DNA of 64,000 nt from Dimorphilus gyrociliatus (taxonomy: Eukaryota > Animalia > Annelida), in contig CAJFCJ010000022.1 of the NCBI GenBank assembly GCA_904063045.1, forward strand, positions 703,812 to 767,811, written 5' to 3'. Below, in pieces: positions 1-13,876 of the stretch. Both the position numbers and the translations under genes were made by a program. How positions within the stretch are numbered: the stretch's first letter is position 1; every line of letters starts with the position of its first letter. The notes under the pieces were generated by a model that saw only the letters and a list, made by a program, of their open reading frames with translations, did not search any database and had not been told where the DNA came from.

Positions 1-1707
1 TGCTTATAAAATTCATATCTTCTAGCATGGCGATAAAAGCCTGAAATAGAGAAGAATGACGATAATTTAGAAAAGAGGGGAATGAGAGAAAGAAAGAATT
101 GCAGATTTGCAAGACAGATAGAAATTGAAAGAACAATATACAATATATACAATAAGGGGAATGCATTACTGTACGCTGTATACTCTATACTGAATACTGA
201 ATACCAAACATATGAAAGGTAGAAAATATCAATTGTACAATCAGCATAGGCTGCTTTATAGTACAAGTAATATACTTTATTCTGTCTACAGACCAGATTA
301 AGTACTCTGTACTGTATAATTTACAAAGGGTCGATTAGATAATTACTCTTCCTAGTAGGGTTTTCTCCCTTAATTAGATAACGGCACCAGAATTAATTAC
401 CATTAAACTAATTACTAATAAAATTAGATTTTAATTTTTATCTTACCATGGCCATTTCATTTTCGGAAAGAATTCTCGGTAGAAACGACAACGAATCAAG
501 TTCCGGATGAATTTCTTTCACTGAAGGATTCTGATTTCTGGTGAGTTGTTGATAATCTTCCGTACATACCTAAATGATAACGGCGATGAAGAGGCGGAAG
601 GGGAAAAAAGAGGGAATTTTAAAAATAAGACAAAATTGAGAGGCTGGCCCAAGATGAATAGATTAATAGTTGGAGCCGAGCACGTTGGTCTAAAAATAGA
701 GATAATCACCTGCATATGATAAAGCATCAACTCGTTGGATAATTGAGTTCTGTGTTGCGATTCTCTAACTTTTTTGTAGAGGATACTCTGTGTTGTCGGT
801 ATTAAAAGGGGGAAAAGAAATGTCTTTAAATACTGAATACGCCTATTATTCCCTATTGTATAGCCCAAAAGTAAAATAATGACTACTTACGTGCATTATG
901 CTTATGCAGCAATAAACGGAGAAAGCCTGGGCAATTTCAATGTCGTTAGCAGTGAAACCGGCGGCGTTGATTTTATTACATAATTGAGCTACTCCAACGA
1001 CAACGTCTGAAATATCAGTCTTGTTTATTATATACAATTCACCGTTATTCAATATGGTAATTTCTATCATACTATTTTCATCCTTAATGGGAAAGCAGAG
1101 TATATTTCTCGTTCGGAAACCCGTACTCTCATCAACGCCTCTATAGAAAAGGTCGTGTGAATAGGCATCGTCTATGTTGAGTATTTCTCCTAATTGAATA
1201 AACAAAAGGCTGGTAAAATGTTCGTTTCTAGGCTAAAAGTATCACAATGACTACCAGTCGTTGCCACGTGGCCAGCTATTCCTTGAGATGCAGGTATACG
1301 AATTTCATTGCGGCTCTCCTGTCGGTCGTTCTCTCCGCTGTCGAATACTTTGGCGACGAGTTCATCGGTTTCCTTCTCCAAAAGAAAGACCGAACATCTA
1401 AAGGAGAAATAACGAATAGTTTATCGTTTTAGACGGCGTGCAAATGCATCCATAAGAGGCTTACGACGTTAACATACTACAATCATGCACCAGCCTTGGC
1501 TTATTACTGGAAAATTTAATGTAAAAGAATTCCCTGTAGGCTAAACATAATCAGAAAAATGCATGCCGAGTCAGCACTACAACACGAGTTATAGGATCCT
1601 GTTATATCAACATTATTCTCCCCCTCTCTCCTCCTTTTATGTTTTCATAATTAACCACCATAACGATTTCTTATCGATCTATGCCTAGATTGATAATCGT
1701 CTTCTCT

Positions 1708-1755
<48 letters not shown>

Positions 1756-4700
1756 TTCGTTACCGACAAAGTCGAAAGCATTTTAAATTCATTACTGCTT
1801 ATTATAATTCCTTTAAAAAACATTATCCTCTCAACGGAGACGATTTAAGGACTCTTTACTTATAAAACTCTACCTTTTAAAGTGGCTTAATACTCGGGGA
1901 AGAAAGGAGTAAAGAGAAAAAGAATTACTTGGGTCGATTCTAATACCTCTGCACAGCACGAATCTTGTCTAATAATCGACCGATTAACACTCTTTCACTC
2001 TGAGCAAAGTGGGCGGAGCCGCCTACGTACACACGAAAAGAATAACTTTTGTATTCTCTATTATGTTTTATCGCTAGAGGGCCAACTTTTCTGAGCGTTC
2101 CGTTATGCTATTTTTCAAGCGTTATATCCTAGTCTCTTATATCTATCAAACTCTGCCCCATTTCCCGTCTCTTCCCCTTGCCTACCCCTAAAGACATAAC
2201 GCTATGAAATCCCTATAGCGTACCTTTCAGCTTTGGTAAGATTCTTTGCCTCTTGCATAATTCTTCTCAACAAAATCGTTAGGTCATCTGCAAAAGAGAA
2301 GGGTGTTTTTTTTTTAAATAGAAAGTTCATAAAAGTCGGTAGTGACGTCATGTCGTCGAAATGACATTCAAGAAAATGTTGCGATATTTTATCAATCCAA
2401 TTTTGCATAGGAAAATGCCATTTCGACAGTGAGCTATTTACCTAAATGAGTAAACAAATTTCTAGCCACCTGCAGCATTGTCTGTAAGAAAGAAACAATA
2501 AGTCTCCAAGAAAATTTTAACTAGCCAATTAGAGAGTCTACACCTGCGTCTTATTCTTCAAGAATCTCTCGTTTTGCAGCATTAACGTTGAAGTTAATAC
2601 GGACGATGTGTACTTAAAACACTGACCAATTTGTTCAACGTCTTTTTCGTTGAACTCTCCACTTCTTTTATTTATTAGACAAGCAATAGCAACCACTTCG
2701 CTTGTATCAAGAGTAAGGACGGGAGCGCATAGCATTGATTGTATTTTCCTATTACAAATCACCTCCATCTGCTCTCTAAACTCTACAGGAACGTCCATCG
2801 TGTACATAGGACGTTTTTTAGAAATCATTGAATAGAACGGCGAACTATCTACGGCGTAGCGGACTTCCGGCTTAAGGATCCTTTCTCCGACAACTTCGCA
2901 GAACCATTCCCTATCATCAGAGGAGAGTAGTAGTAGAAATCCACTTTCGGAGAAAGTCTCACGAGATAGCTGAATAAAAATTACAGTCTATAATTAATCT
3001 CACTTTTTTCGGTACTATATTTCAATGCTATGTAACGTTAGGAAGACTGGAGAGAATAAAAAAAACACCACTTGATAAACTTACGTATCTGATTACTTTA
3101 ATTTGCAGCGTGGAAGCGTCTTGATCATGCAGATCGGCTGCAACAAAATCAGTTTTATTATACGCCAGAAAATATTAATATAACAGTTTATATGCTATAT
3201 TTATATATATCTTGTCTGTCTTTTTATATAGAGTGTATATTCATCCCCTTCTCCCTGTTCCCTTACCACATAAATTTAGTATTCTATCTGCGTTGGAAGG
3301 ATGGGTATTTTTCTGCCGCCGAATTCTCTTATGACAAACAGCAATCTGTGAAAAGGAAAGAGAACACAAACTGCAAAAAGTTAATCGATATATTTTTATA
3401 AACTTTTCCCTAACTATCACTTAACCTAAGATTATTCTACTTGACATTTAGACCTTTTTCCCTTCTGCTTCTTCTTCCTACCCTTCCCCTCCATTTCGAA
3501 TAGCTATGTATCTAGCACCAGAACTATAAGACGAGTCTTATTGAAACAATCGTCACGTTCAAATGTTCAATTAGCATAGAATGGGAGAGTTCTAGTTTAA
3601 ACGACACCAATGATAATGTTTCTCTCTTTCAATATAAACAGTGTGTGTCACCGATTCCGACAATTGCCGCAAGAACGATAACGACGACGACGACGATGAT
3701 GACTCTAATTCAGATTGTTATTCTTCTTTTTACAGTAGGTACCGAGGAAAAAAATTGATTACTCGCTTGTCGAAATTCAATCAAGTAAACGGAGACGAAT
3801 AGCGAAATTAAGAGAAGGCGTCTCTTCACGTCACTATACAAAATTTTAGCCGTGAAAAATGTATCACTCATCTTATTAAGTTTTAGCAGGCATAAATGAT
3901 TCATTATCTTTTCTAAAAAATTGATTAAACTGAAGAGAAATAGAGCAAAGCTGGCTGCTGCGTTAAATAGCTCTGCCCGAAGCTACATGACTTCTATAAG
4001 TGCTATTTAGCCTTCAAAATACTATACAATGAACGTTTAATGCTTTTTCTTCTTTCTCCCGCTTTTTTCCCCATTCTCCCGTCCTTCCTCTCTTTTTCTC
4101 TTTAGCCTCTACTCTCGGCTTTCTTCTACCTTCTAGGAGAGGAGTGATAAAAGTAAGCCCTTCTCTCTCTCTCTCACTTGCTCTCTTTCTCATTCAGCTT
4201 GAAAACTTTTCAAAAACGAAATTATCAATAATCACCAAATTCGTTTGGAATGTAACGGAAAAGTAATAATATCATAGTTTAATCGAATAATGGGGTGGAT
4301 TAACACTTCTCAAGGGAAAATAAATGCACACACGCTTTCAGAGTTTGTTACTTTCCCTCTTCATATATACTTACGTGCGATACTGTCTTCCGATTGCATT
4401 CTACTATTTCCGTTACAAATGACTTTTGTAACGATTTAAGCAATTAAGATTTAAGATCACTGCTAATTAATTGTTTAACGCCCATCTTACACGCTAATCG
4501 TGTAATTTCATCATCTGTTTCTCTTTGATTTTATCAAATCAATTATCTTTTCCATAAAATAATCCGTCATAAGGTTTTTATGGGCGATTGCTCGCATTCC
4601 AAACATTCCTCGTCTTAAAAACCTTTTAGGAGGACTATAATGGACGGAACTGGAGAGTCGGTAGGTTGCCCTAGGAAGGCGGATGGACGAACGGAAGTAC

Positions 4701-7451
4701 GCTTAGATACCTATAAATTATACAAAATGTTTTCCTTTTCGTGCCTATTAGCAAGAACATACAATTGGACAATTGCGGGTTAGCAAGGCAGGCCAGAGAT
4801 TGATACGCGATTTGATTGATAGAGGATTTTGGATAAAGAAAAATGGCATAAATTTGAATGCATGAGTGAGAGAGAGAGAGAGAGAGAGAAAAGAAGTAAG
4901 GCAAAAGCGTCTTTTGTCTACGTTTTCTTGCTATTTGCAATAAACAAAGTTAACCCAATAGAAAATCGATATATCTAACTTTTTTTAATTTACAATCTCC
5001 TGGTGGGATAAAGATTCGAGTTGAACGGTTGGAATATAGAAGAAGGGCTAAAAGTTGCGCTATGAGCTACGAAATGTAAAGCCATATGAAGCTAGGCTCA
5101 TTTCCACTTAGGACTAATAGCAGTGTATATATGTATAGAAAGTAAATAATGTGCCCTTAATGAGGTGCACGACGCTAGTCCGTAACGACCCGACTAGAGT
5201 AGGGGAGGAAATTGAGTCCAGGTCTTCACCTCTCCTGAGGGGTATTCGATTATCAAGGCATGGACGTGATGAATGTCTTTTTATGTTGATAGTGAAATAG
5301 GACTAATCATTCTCCATAGCAAATGGTGTTTTGAATAAAAAATCTGTCTCGTTTTCTGTTTTTTTCTCTCTCTCTCTCTCTTTCTGTCAATCTCTCTAAC
5401 TTACTATAATATTAATATTAATAATAATATTAATAATGATATTAATAAGAACAAAAATTTTTACTATCGTTATTATTATTATTATTATTTATAGATTGAT
5501 TAATAATTGATTTAACGAGGGAAATATTCTATTGAAAAATTCCTTTTTTGTCTCACTCATCGCCTAAAACCGTTGATTATTATGTAAAGTAGTTATTTGA
5601 AGCGAAATATGTGTGTATGAAGTCGGTAAGCGACACAAGTTCCCGAAGGAAAATCACTCTTGACAGTTTGTCAATTCATAAAACACCCTTAAGGTATATT
5701 CCTATAGCACGACTGATCTGCTCAAAGACTCGAAAAACTCCTATATGCAATTTTATTGAAGCTATTCGATTGCCCATTTAGCAGTAAGTTTGATTGATTA
5801 ACCCGAGAAATTTTCCTATAATATACAATTTTTACTAACCTGTTTTTCGATAAATTCCAAATGATTTTCATCCTCTTTTGTCAGGGCATTGGAGACAAAC
5901 TGTATAAATATATCAACAATATATCAACAAATAAACAAATCAATATTATAGATATGGCAGTCGTATGTGAATAATCCAACAAAATTTAATCTCTCCCTCC
6001 TTCCCTCTCTATACCAGATTCTTAATATCTTTTCAAAGGCCTACTCGTATCTATCCGAATCTGTTAGTTTCTTTCATCTGCCATCTTAGCACGCGTCACG
6101 CGCACCTCTTTAAGAGTAATCATTTCCAGAGAAACTCGAAAGGATTTCTTTAAAATTTCCGTCGCAAGTCAAGTTTCTATGGTAACTGACAAACATCAGC
6201 CTCAATTTGCATAATTCGAAAATACGTTTATCGATAGTCGTCGTAAGAACGTTTGAAGAAAAAATTTTCCCTTAAATATCTTTCTTGCATATGCTATACA
6301 GACGTCTTTATACGGTATAAATTTACGATTAACTTACCGCTAAAACTGCAACAATTGCGTTTGTTTCTAGGCAGATTATGGGGCTGCAGTAAACTGAAAT
6401 GGACGAAAAGGTTCCGTTACTAAAAGCTGACGTATTGATAAAAACAAAAATAAAAAGAGAGGAAAGACAAAGCAACAAAGATAGAAACAAAGAAAACAAC
6501 TAAACGTAAAAAAGAGAAATGAGCAAAAAGACAAAACAAAGAAATGGCTTTTTTTTTTTGCAGTAGGAAGAAGAGTAAGGGTAATCATTTTTGTTGTTAT
6601 TGTTATCTCGATTATTCGTAGTGATAGGGAAGAAAATAGTCTCTTACCCTAAACTAATAACGAAAGAAATGAGGAGAAAAAGAGAAACGATTGGAACGGC
6701 GAAGAGAAGAGAGACGGAGAGTAAAAAATCTAATAATAAGTATATGCTGTAAAACAAAGTTCTATAGAGATTGTTGTATTTACAGTCTGCTCTAAATGCA
6801 AACTTTTTAATGGAAATACAATTAAAAAAGGCTGATTATATATACAGTATTATGCATATTGTGTATATTATGTACACTATATTATCTCTACAGAATCTAC
6901 AATTTCTTTAGTTGTTCCCTTAAAAATCATCTATATTCTTAATACGCTATATACTGTATATACATAAGGTATATAGTTATGAATAACATTTGTTTATACA
7001 AATATGGACACTTATTATAATGTTGACTTTAATAGTGATTCAATATTTACAAGGGTTACATGTATATATACTTGTTTAAATATACATAATGTATACATCC
7101 TTATTTACATTTATCGAAAATAGTATTCACCTCGCTCAATGAAATGATAAAGGAAGGAAAGAGACGAATGAATGGATGAATGAACGGTTGAATGCGTGTA
7201 TGTATGTATGTTTGTACGTTTGTCTCTTTGTCTCTTTTTATTTACTGTATAAAGGTATATACGAATAGGTGGATGGACGGACTGATAGATAGATAGATAG
7301 ATAGACAAATATATGAATAGGTGAAAGAATTCATGACAATTAAAAACATGTTGATTAAAAAGACAATGTTACTAGTTGAACAAAGTTTTATTTAACTTTT
7401 AATTACACTGTGCTTTATTAGTTTCTACGAGTGATATTCTCCCTCTCTGTG

Positions 7452-7484
<33 letters not shown>

Positions 7485-8752
7485 TGCAACTACTACATTC
7501 TTTCATTTAAGACATGTTTTTTCTGCAGATTGCACCATAATTATAGCATATTTAGAAAAAAAAAACTGATTGAAACTATGAACTATAACTGTGTTTAATT
7601 ACGTCTATAAAATAATTAGTGTTGAAATAATCCATCTACTTTTCGTCTGCATCTAACAGAGCATATTACATGTAGTATACAGTATATATACTTTATATAC
7701 AGTATACACACAATATCCATACACTAAACCATCCAATCATTCTCTTTATATTGAATATTAACTGGTTTGTTAAGGCGGTGCATTATTCTCGTAGATATTC
7801 ATAACTTATGAATCGAACATTTTACTAGTCGGCTTGTATTGACTCTTTAAGAGTTTATAAAATATACAATGCACGCCTACCTATTTTATGCTCTTCACCG
7901 TTTACACAACCCTACTTCTATATTGCAAATTCGTTATCGACATTTCTGCTGAGGTTAGATAATCTTAGCATAAACCTATAATCCCGCTATATTTTTTCAT
8001 CCTTTTCCTCTGTTTTATTGTCTTCGTCGTTATTGTCGCTACGTAATATTCTTCCTGCCTAATGTTGCTTTTTCCGTCCGCTTCTCTCTTTTCCAAGTCA
8101 ACTTATGCTTACTGAATGAAAAGTCTATTGTTTTTCTTCTCTTCTCTCCTACTCGAGTTCAGAGAATATACAATATTCGGCTTCTATTTGTTTCCTACAC
8201 ATATTTTTAAGGTTGAGAAAATTCGAATGGTCTAGTTGATTGATATCAGATCATTAAATAATCGAGTAGTGCAGCTAAGATCACATTAATAATTAAAAAT
8301 AAGAGAGGGGGTGGAAAAGGGTGGAGGGGGAAGAAATCGATAGCTCTACGCCTTTTACTATTGATAGAGTGAGGCAAAAATGTTTGATGTGTCGACAAAA
8401 AGGAAGAAAGTAGAGTTGAATTATAAAATAGAGAGAATAATAGAGCGTACTGTACGAAACCAATAAAAAACAATTTATTGGTCACCCGCTTTCTTATGGA
8501 TTTGCTAGTGAAAGACTGAAGCTGTGCAAAAACTGTGCTCTAAGATTGCGATTCTTTGCCATTAGAGCATTAGAATCGACTTGATTTATTAATTAGAATA
8601 AATTCTTCAAATTGCAATTCCCTTGAATGTCGTTCAAAAGTTCTCTTTACACTATTCATTTAGGATAAAATTCTTCCAATAATTATTCTTCATCTTCTTC
8701 GTTTATCTATCAATCAACCAATCAATCCGTATATCCGTCCATCCATCCATCC

Positions 8753-8789
<37 letters not shown>

Positions 8790-11700
8790 ACTCTCTATCT
8801 ATCTATCTATTTGTCTATATCTGGCTTTGTCTTGCTATTGCTCTTCCTCCACTTGTTTCCCTTCCTTCCTACCATTCCAAATATTTGCTCCATTCCCCAC
8901 CCCTCTCAGCTACTTTACTACAATTTTTCCCTTGGCCTTCCTCGCCGTAATTCTTTTCCCTAACCCTTTTCTCTCCGTTTTTCTCCCCTCTACCCTCTCA
9001 ACATTTCAGCTTACCCGTTAACCTTTGCTTCGACTGATTCATAGTCAAATTAGCCCGTTAAAGTGAGTATTGAACTTTTCAAAAGCGGGACATTACCGTT
9101 GATAAATTAGCTTGAGAGTCTTAATCTTTGATGTTTCCATCCGAAAGATTTATATTATCTTAAGTACAAATGTAAAACTCTGACCTCGGATAGTATCTTG
9201 GGAATTCTAACCGGGCGTTCTATTAAAAAGTCCTAATAAGGTCAAATGACTTAACTAAACGGGTGTCATACTGCATTTTTTTCCTTTCGTGCTTTTTATT
9301 TTGATGAATAGAAAAATCTCGGAAAAGAAGTCAAGTAATAAAAGCGAAATGGACGGGAAAATGAAAAGGATATTCTAGCTAGTTCTTTTCTTTTCTTTTC
9401 TCTATTCCTTTTCTATTTATCGGCGTATATCTCTTACTCTCTAACAATGATCAGCCATCAAAACATTTGATTATCGACGATCAAACAAATCCAATCACGT
9501 CTCACGATTCCTCCTACTCTGTCCCTCTTTGTCTATTTACTTCAATTAAATCAAATACAAACAAAAATTGACTCTTTTATAACAAATGATTAGGTCGCGA
9601 TTTCAAGAGTTTGCCCTGGAGCAAATCAAGTGAGAAATCATGACAAACAAGCCATGCAACTGCAAGAAATTTTGGTTCTAAACACCTGCGCCATTAGAGG
9701 GAATCGGTGGAGGGGATGAGGATAAACAAGTAAACAGAAAATGTTTATAATAAGTACAAATTTTTCACGGACGAAAATAACAATTTTTCATGCCTAATAA
9801 AAGAAATAAGAGTAAACTGCTTCTTCTAATCTCCTCTCTCTCTCTCTCTCTCTCTATTCACATTTACCCCATTTTTTCTCCCACACCTATTCCTAACCTC
9901 TTGCGCTACGTGAAATCTTGTAAAAGCCACACTACTGAATAAGAAATGGGATTCCATGAAAAAGATTAAGAGCCTTGTAAAGGAGATAAATTAACAGCAA
10001 AAGGACGACTTAAATTGTTTAAAGAAAAAAAAAACTTGTAAACGAGCGATTATCATGTTTAGGGGTCAATCTAATACAAACTAGACAAAGGGAGTAAGAT
10101 AGGAGGTCATTGCCAAATAAAGGAGCTCTTTCATAATATATAAGCTATATACTATATAGAATTTATTATATGTATATATATATATAGTATATATGTATTA
10201 CAACCTTCAAAAGATTCTGATTGCGAATGTATTTCGGTATCGGATAAAAAAGTTGAAAAGAAGCTGCGAGTATCGTGTGTAAAGCCGAAAATTAAGAACG
10301 TCCTCAACACGCTTCACTTGAAAAATAAGCGAAATAATCATTTTCTCTGTCAACTTTATCGTTGGTAAGGCGATAACCCTTGAAATTACAAACGTGTCAG
10401 CCTTCTTATAGCCTCTGTTAGAGAGTAGGGGAATAAGGAAAATAGAGGGGAAGCGGATTTCTCTTCTCACCATCGACTATTGCACAAAAAGGCGATACGA
10501 CGGAAAAAGACTAGCTGAGGGTTAACAAGAGTAGTATAAAAGTCTAAAAGGAATCTTTGAAATATTACAAACGTGTTTATCAAAGTTGGAGGGGTTAGAC
10601 TGAATCATCTTTCTAAAGAGAGAGAGAGAGAGAGTGAGAAAGTAAGGAAGACTTTAAAAGTGGAGTAGAAGAGAATATACAGTATACAAATATGGAAAAA
10701 TAATATTTTTGAAGAAAACAAACCAAATAGGAAACATGCTTTTAAAAAATTAAATATTAAACTTTGAAATATTGGTGTTTTGTGTTAAGAAACAGTTTAC
10801 ATTATAATTTTCCTTTGTTCCCCTCCTCCACAAAAACTTCTTGTATCAACAAAAAATCAATTGAAAAGAAATTAAGGGATAAATTTAAACAAATAAATAA
10901 AATACTTTTTCCTGCTTTGGATACAAAGACAGATTAGAGTGATGGAGAGTGTGTGTTTGTAGATATGTTTGCACATGTGTGCGATGGAGAGACACTGACA
11001 GAGAGAGAGAGAAAGGATGGATGAATAGATGGCTGGATAGATGAATGAATAACTATTAAAGAAAATGAGATAAATAATTGATAATAATCATAATATTAAT
11101 TACAATAATAATAAAATAACGAAAAAACAAATCAACGAATATACATTAAGTAGTCAAGGGGATTAATAAATAAATAAACAACTAAATAAATAAATAAATA
11201 TAAACACAACCTCGTTTCGCCGTCCACCGTCTCCCTCCGCTCTTCGCTGCGCAACAGCAAAATTGTGCAAAGCCCGGCAGGGCTACTGCAAACAGTACAG
11301 TAACATTTAAAAAAAAATACAAAAGACAGCAGAGAAAATTGACTAAAGCTAGTTTTTTCTTGGCTCGACTGAGCCGAAAAAAAGATGCTATTGTATCGTA
11401 AGATTTCTATATTCGAACCCTTCGCAGACATAGTTTTTGACTTGGGAAGAGGAAATATGTAAATATATATTATATATACAGTATATATATATATATTAGT
11501 TATATTCTCAGTCAGTAGATAGCAACAGTCATAAATCTCTTAACATCAACTATAAAACTTGAATAAGATAACACGAAACGTGTTGAATTCTTTCAAGTTT
11601 TTCTATTTTTTCTCTGCTTGAACATCTTTCGTATAATGTATATATAAACACACCAGTATGAGCTTTATAAATATACATATTAATATGTGTATTTATATTT

Positions 11701-13275
11701 TTCTATGCAAAAATCTATACAAGTCGGTATAGCAATACTGTATATTCAGTATTCCAATATATTACTATACGGCATATACACTCTTATGCATATACAAATA
11801 CAGTATAAAAAAAATAGCATATAGCATCATCAGTGCATCTACCTAAATGTGTGTAACCCGACTTTATTTACGTTTACGTATAAATATGTACTGTACGTTC
11901 TACAAGCTAAATATAAGCTTATATACACACCCCGGCCGCAATCCGAAGCCGACTGCAATAGACCGCAAAGAGGGTCGCTCGCCTCCAAATTACTTTTCTC
12001 CACCCGCCTGCAATCGTCCATTGCCTGTCTGCGAAAAAAAGAGACGCCGCTAGTAACGGTTGATTGGCTTCGAAACTATCAGGCAGTTGTATTGATCGCC
12101 TCTCACTCGGTTTTTTTTTCTTTTTTTTTTTTTTTGACTGGACTTTATATGATACGTTTGTTGACGCTGATAAATACACTCTTTCCCCCTCCTTTTACAA
12201 TGAAATAAGTGCAAATAAGTCAAATAAGGAACGGATAGAAAAGGAATAAGGAGATAGGGACGAAAAGGATGAGAATTGACACTAAAAATGACATCAATAT
12301 CATGCAAACTGCCTCTCTATCGTTCAATTTCGTCCTTGTCCTTACACTAAAATGTTTACCGGAAATTAAGTGAGCTACTTGATATCCACATTATTTTATT
12401 AGGGAAGTCAAAGGGTTTTATATATATATAAAAAAGAAATAACTATGTATATAGAAAAGAGGGAAAAGGAGGCTTTAATTTCTCGTAATCAATCTGTAAA
12501 CAAGCTTTTACAGAGGGTGTGAATGAAATGAAATGTAAGGGGAAAAAAAAAGAGGCAGAGTACCTTTATTCTATAGTGTGATTAATTAATAATTGAAAAT
12601 GATTTCTTTTAGGGAAGTAGGAGGTGGGAAGGAATAGTATAGCATATATAAAAAATATCTATACTGTATATTGTATATAATTGATTTAAAATGCTTCTTT
12701 CTAAAGAATGATTTACCGATTTATCATTATTTGAAAATTTGTATTAATGGATTTTTCTTTGCTTAATGATGCGTTAATTCAAGGTTTTAATTGCTAAGCA
12801 TTCGTGCTAAAATTTTCAACAAATCTGTGATCAACTTACTTTGCAATTCCAGTTGATGGGAGTGTATGTTTAAAGGCTCTATTCGATTGTAACTCTCCAA
12901 ATTCATCAGGAATTCTAACGTAAACGACGACATCACTCTGCAAAATAGCCAAACAAATATTACATTAATGATAGAAGATTGCAAAGAGTATGCGTATACT
13001 TTCTATAGACATTACACACACCTCTGTGCACACTATATACATACCTACTTTTATCTATACCTTAGCTATATATTTTGCAAATAGAATGCATTGTATAGGG
13101 AATATGATTGTTTATAGGATATAAATACAGTTGTACATTGACAGACGCCTTGGCAGACGGACAGACAAACAGCCCACCAGCAGGCTATTGATGTCTGTAC
13201 ATATATAGATAAATATAGTTGTAGAACTGCATAGATAGTATTATTAAAACAGAAAAAGAGAGAGCAGGGTGGTAT

Positions 13276-13317
<42 letters not shown>

Positions 13318-13836
13318 CCGAGAGAGGAAAAGATTGACAGGCACAGAGACCGACTTGAAGAGAGAGAGACAGAGAGAAATAAAGAAGAAAAAAAGCCCAT
13401 TGAATTAAGTTAGTTAATAAAGATATTTGTATAGATTGTCTATTTAATAGAGAACACACTCGACTAAATGGAAGTAAAATGCCTAAGAATTTGATAATTG
13501 ACAAATATTTTTGCAAAATTTCTTTTAGATTTAATAAGATTATAAAAGAAATTTTATGCCAGCATGAAAAACTGCTCCCGCTGACGAGTTTGTACTTGAA
13601 TTATTAATAAACTCGTAATTCACCGTATATAATTACCTCTGTAAGTTTATAGTAATAATCGATATAAATACTAATAATAACGCTTGAGATTACAGCCAAT
13701 AAATTAACCGTTGAATAAATCGTTTCTCGCTTCGTAAACACATTTGGTTTATTCCTATGACGCACGAAATCAGGGTCCTTTTCCAGAATATATCGGACCA
13801 AATAATTAGTTACATATTTTATATGGCTTCACAACG

Positions 13837-13876
<40 letters not shown>

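Noticed and set aside
6209-6241. Minus-strand peptide [11 protein letters not shown] resembling PDE2A TDRDRKILQLC
   Set aside because: Suggestive, but there is no splice donor after the Cys in the needed phase and no phase-0 acceptor to join exon 6338-6426. Left unresolved rather than called.
13604-13801. Minus-strand 65-aa ORF as a PDE2 exon
   Set aside because: Not needed: exon 19975-20100 joins 12840-12937 in phase and colinearly with PDE2A. No similarity.
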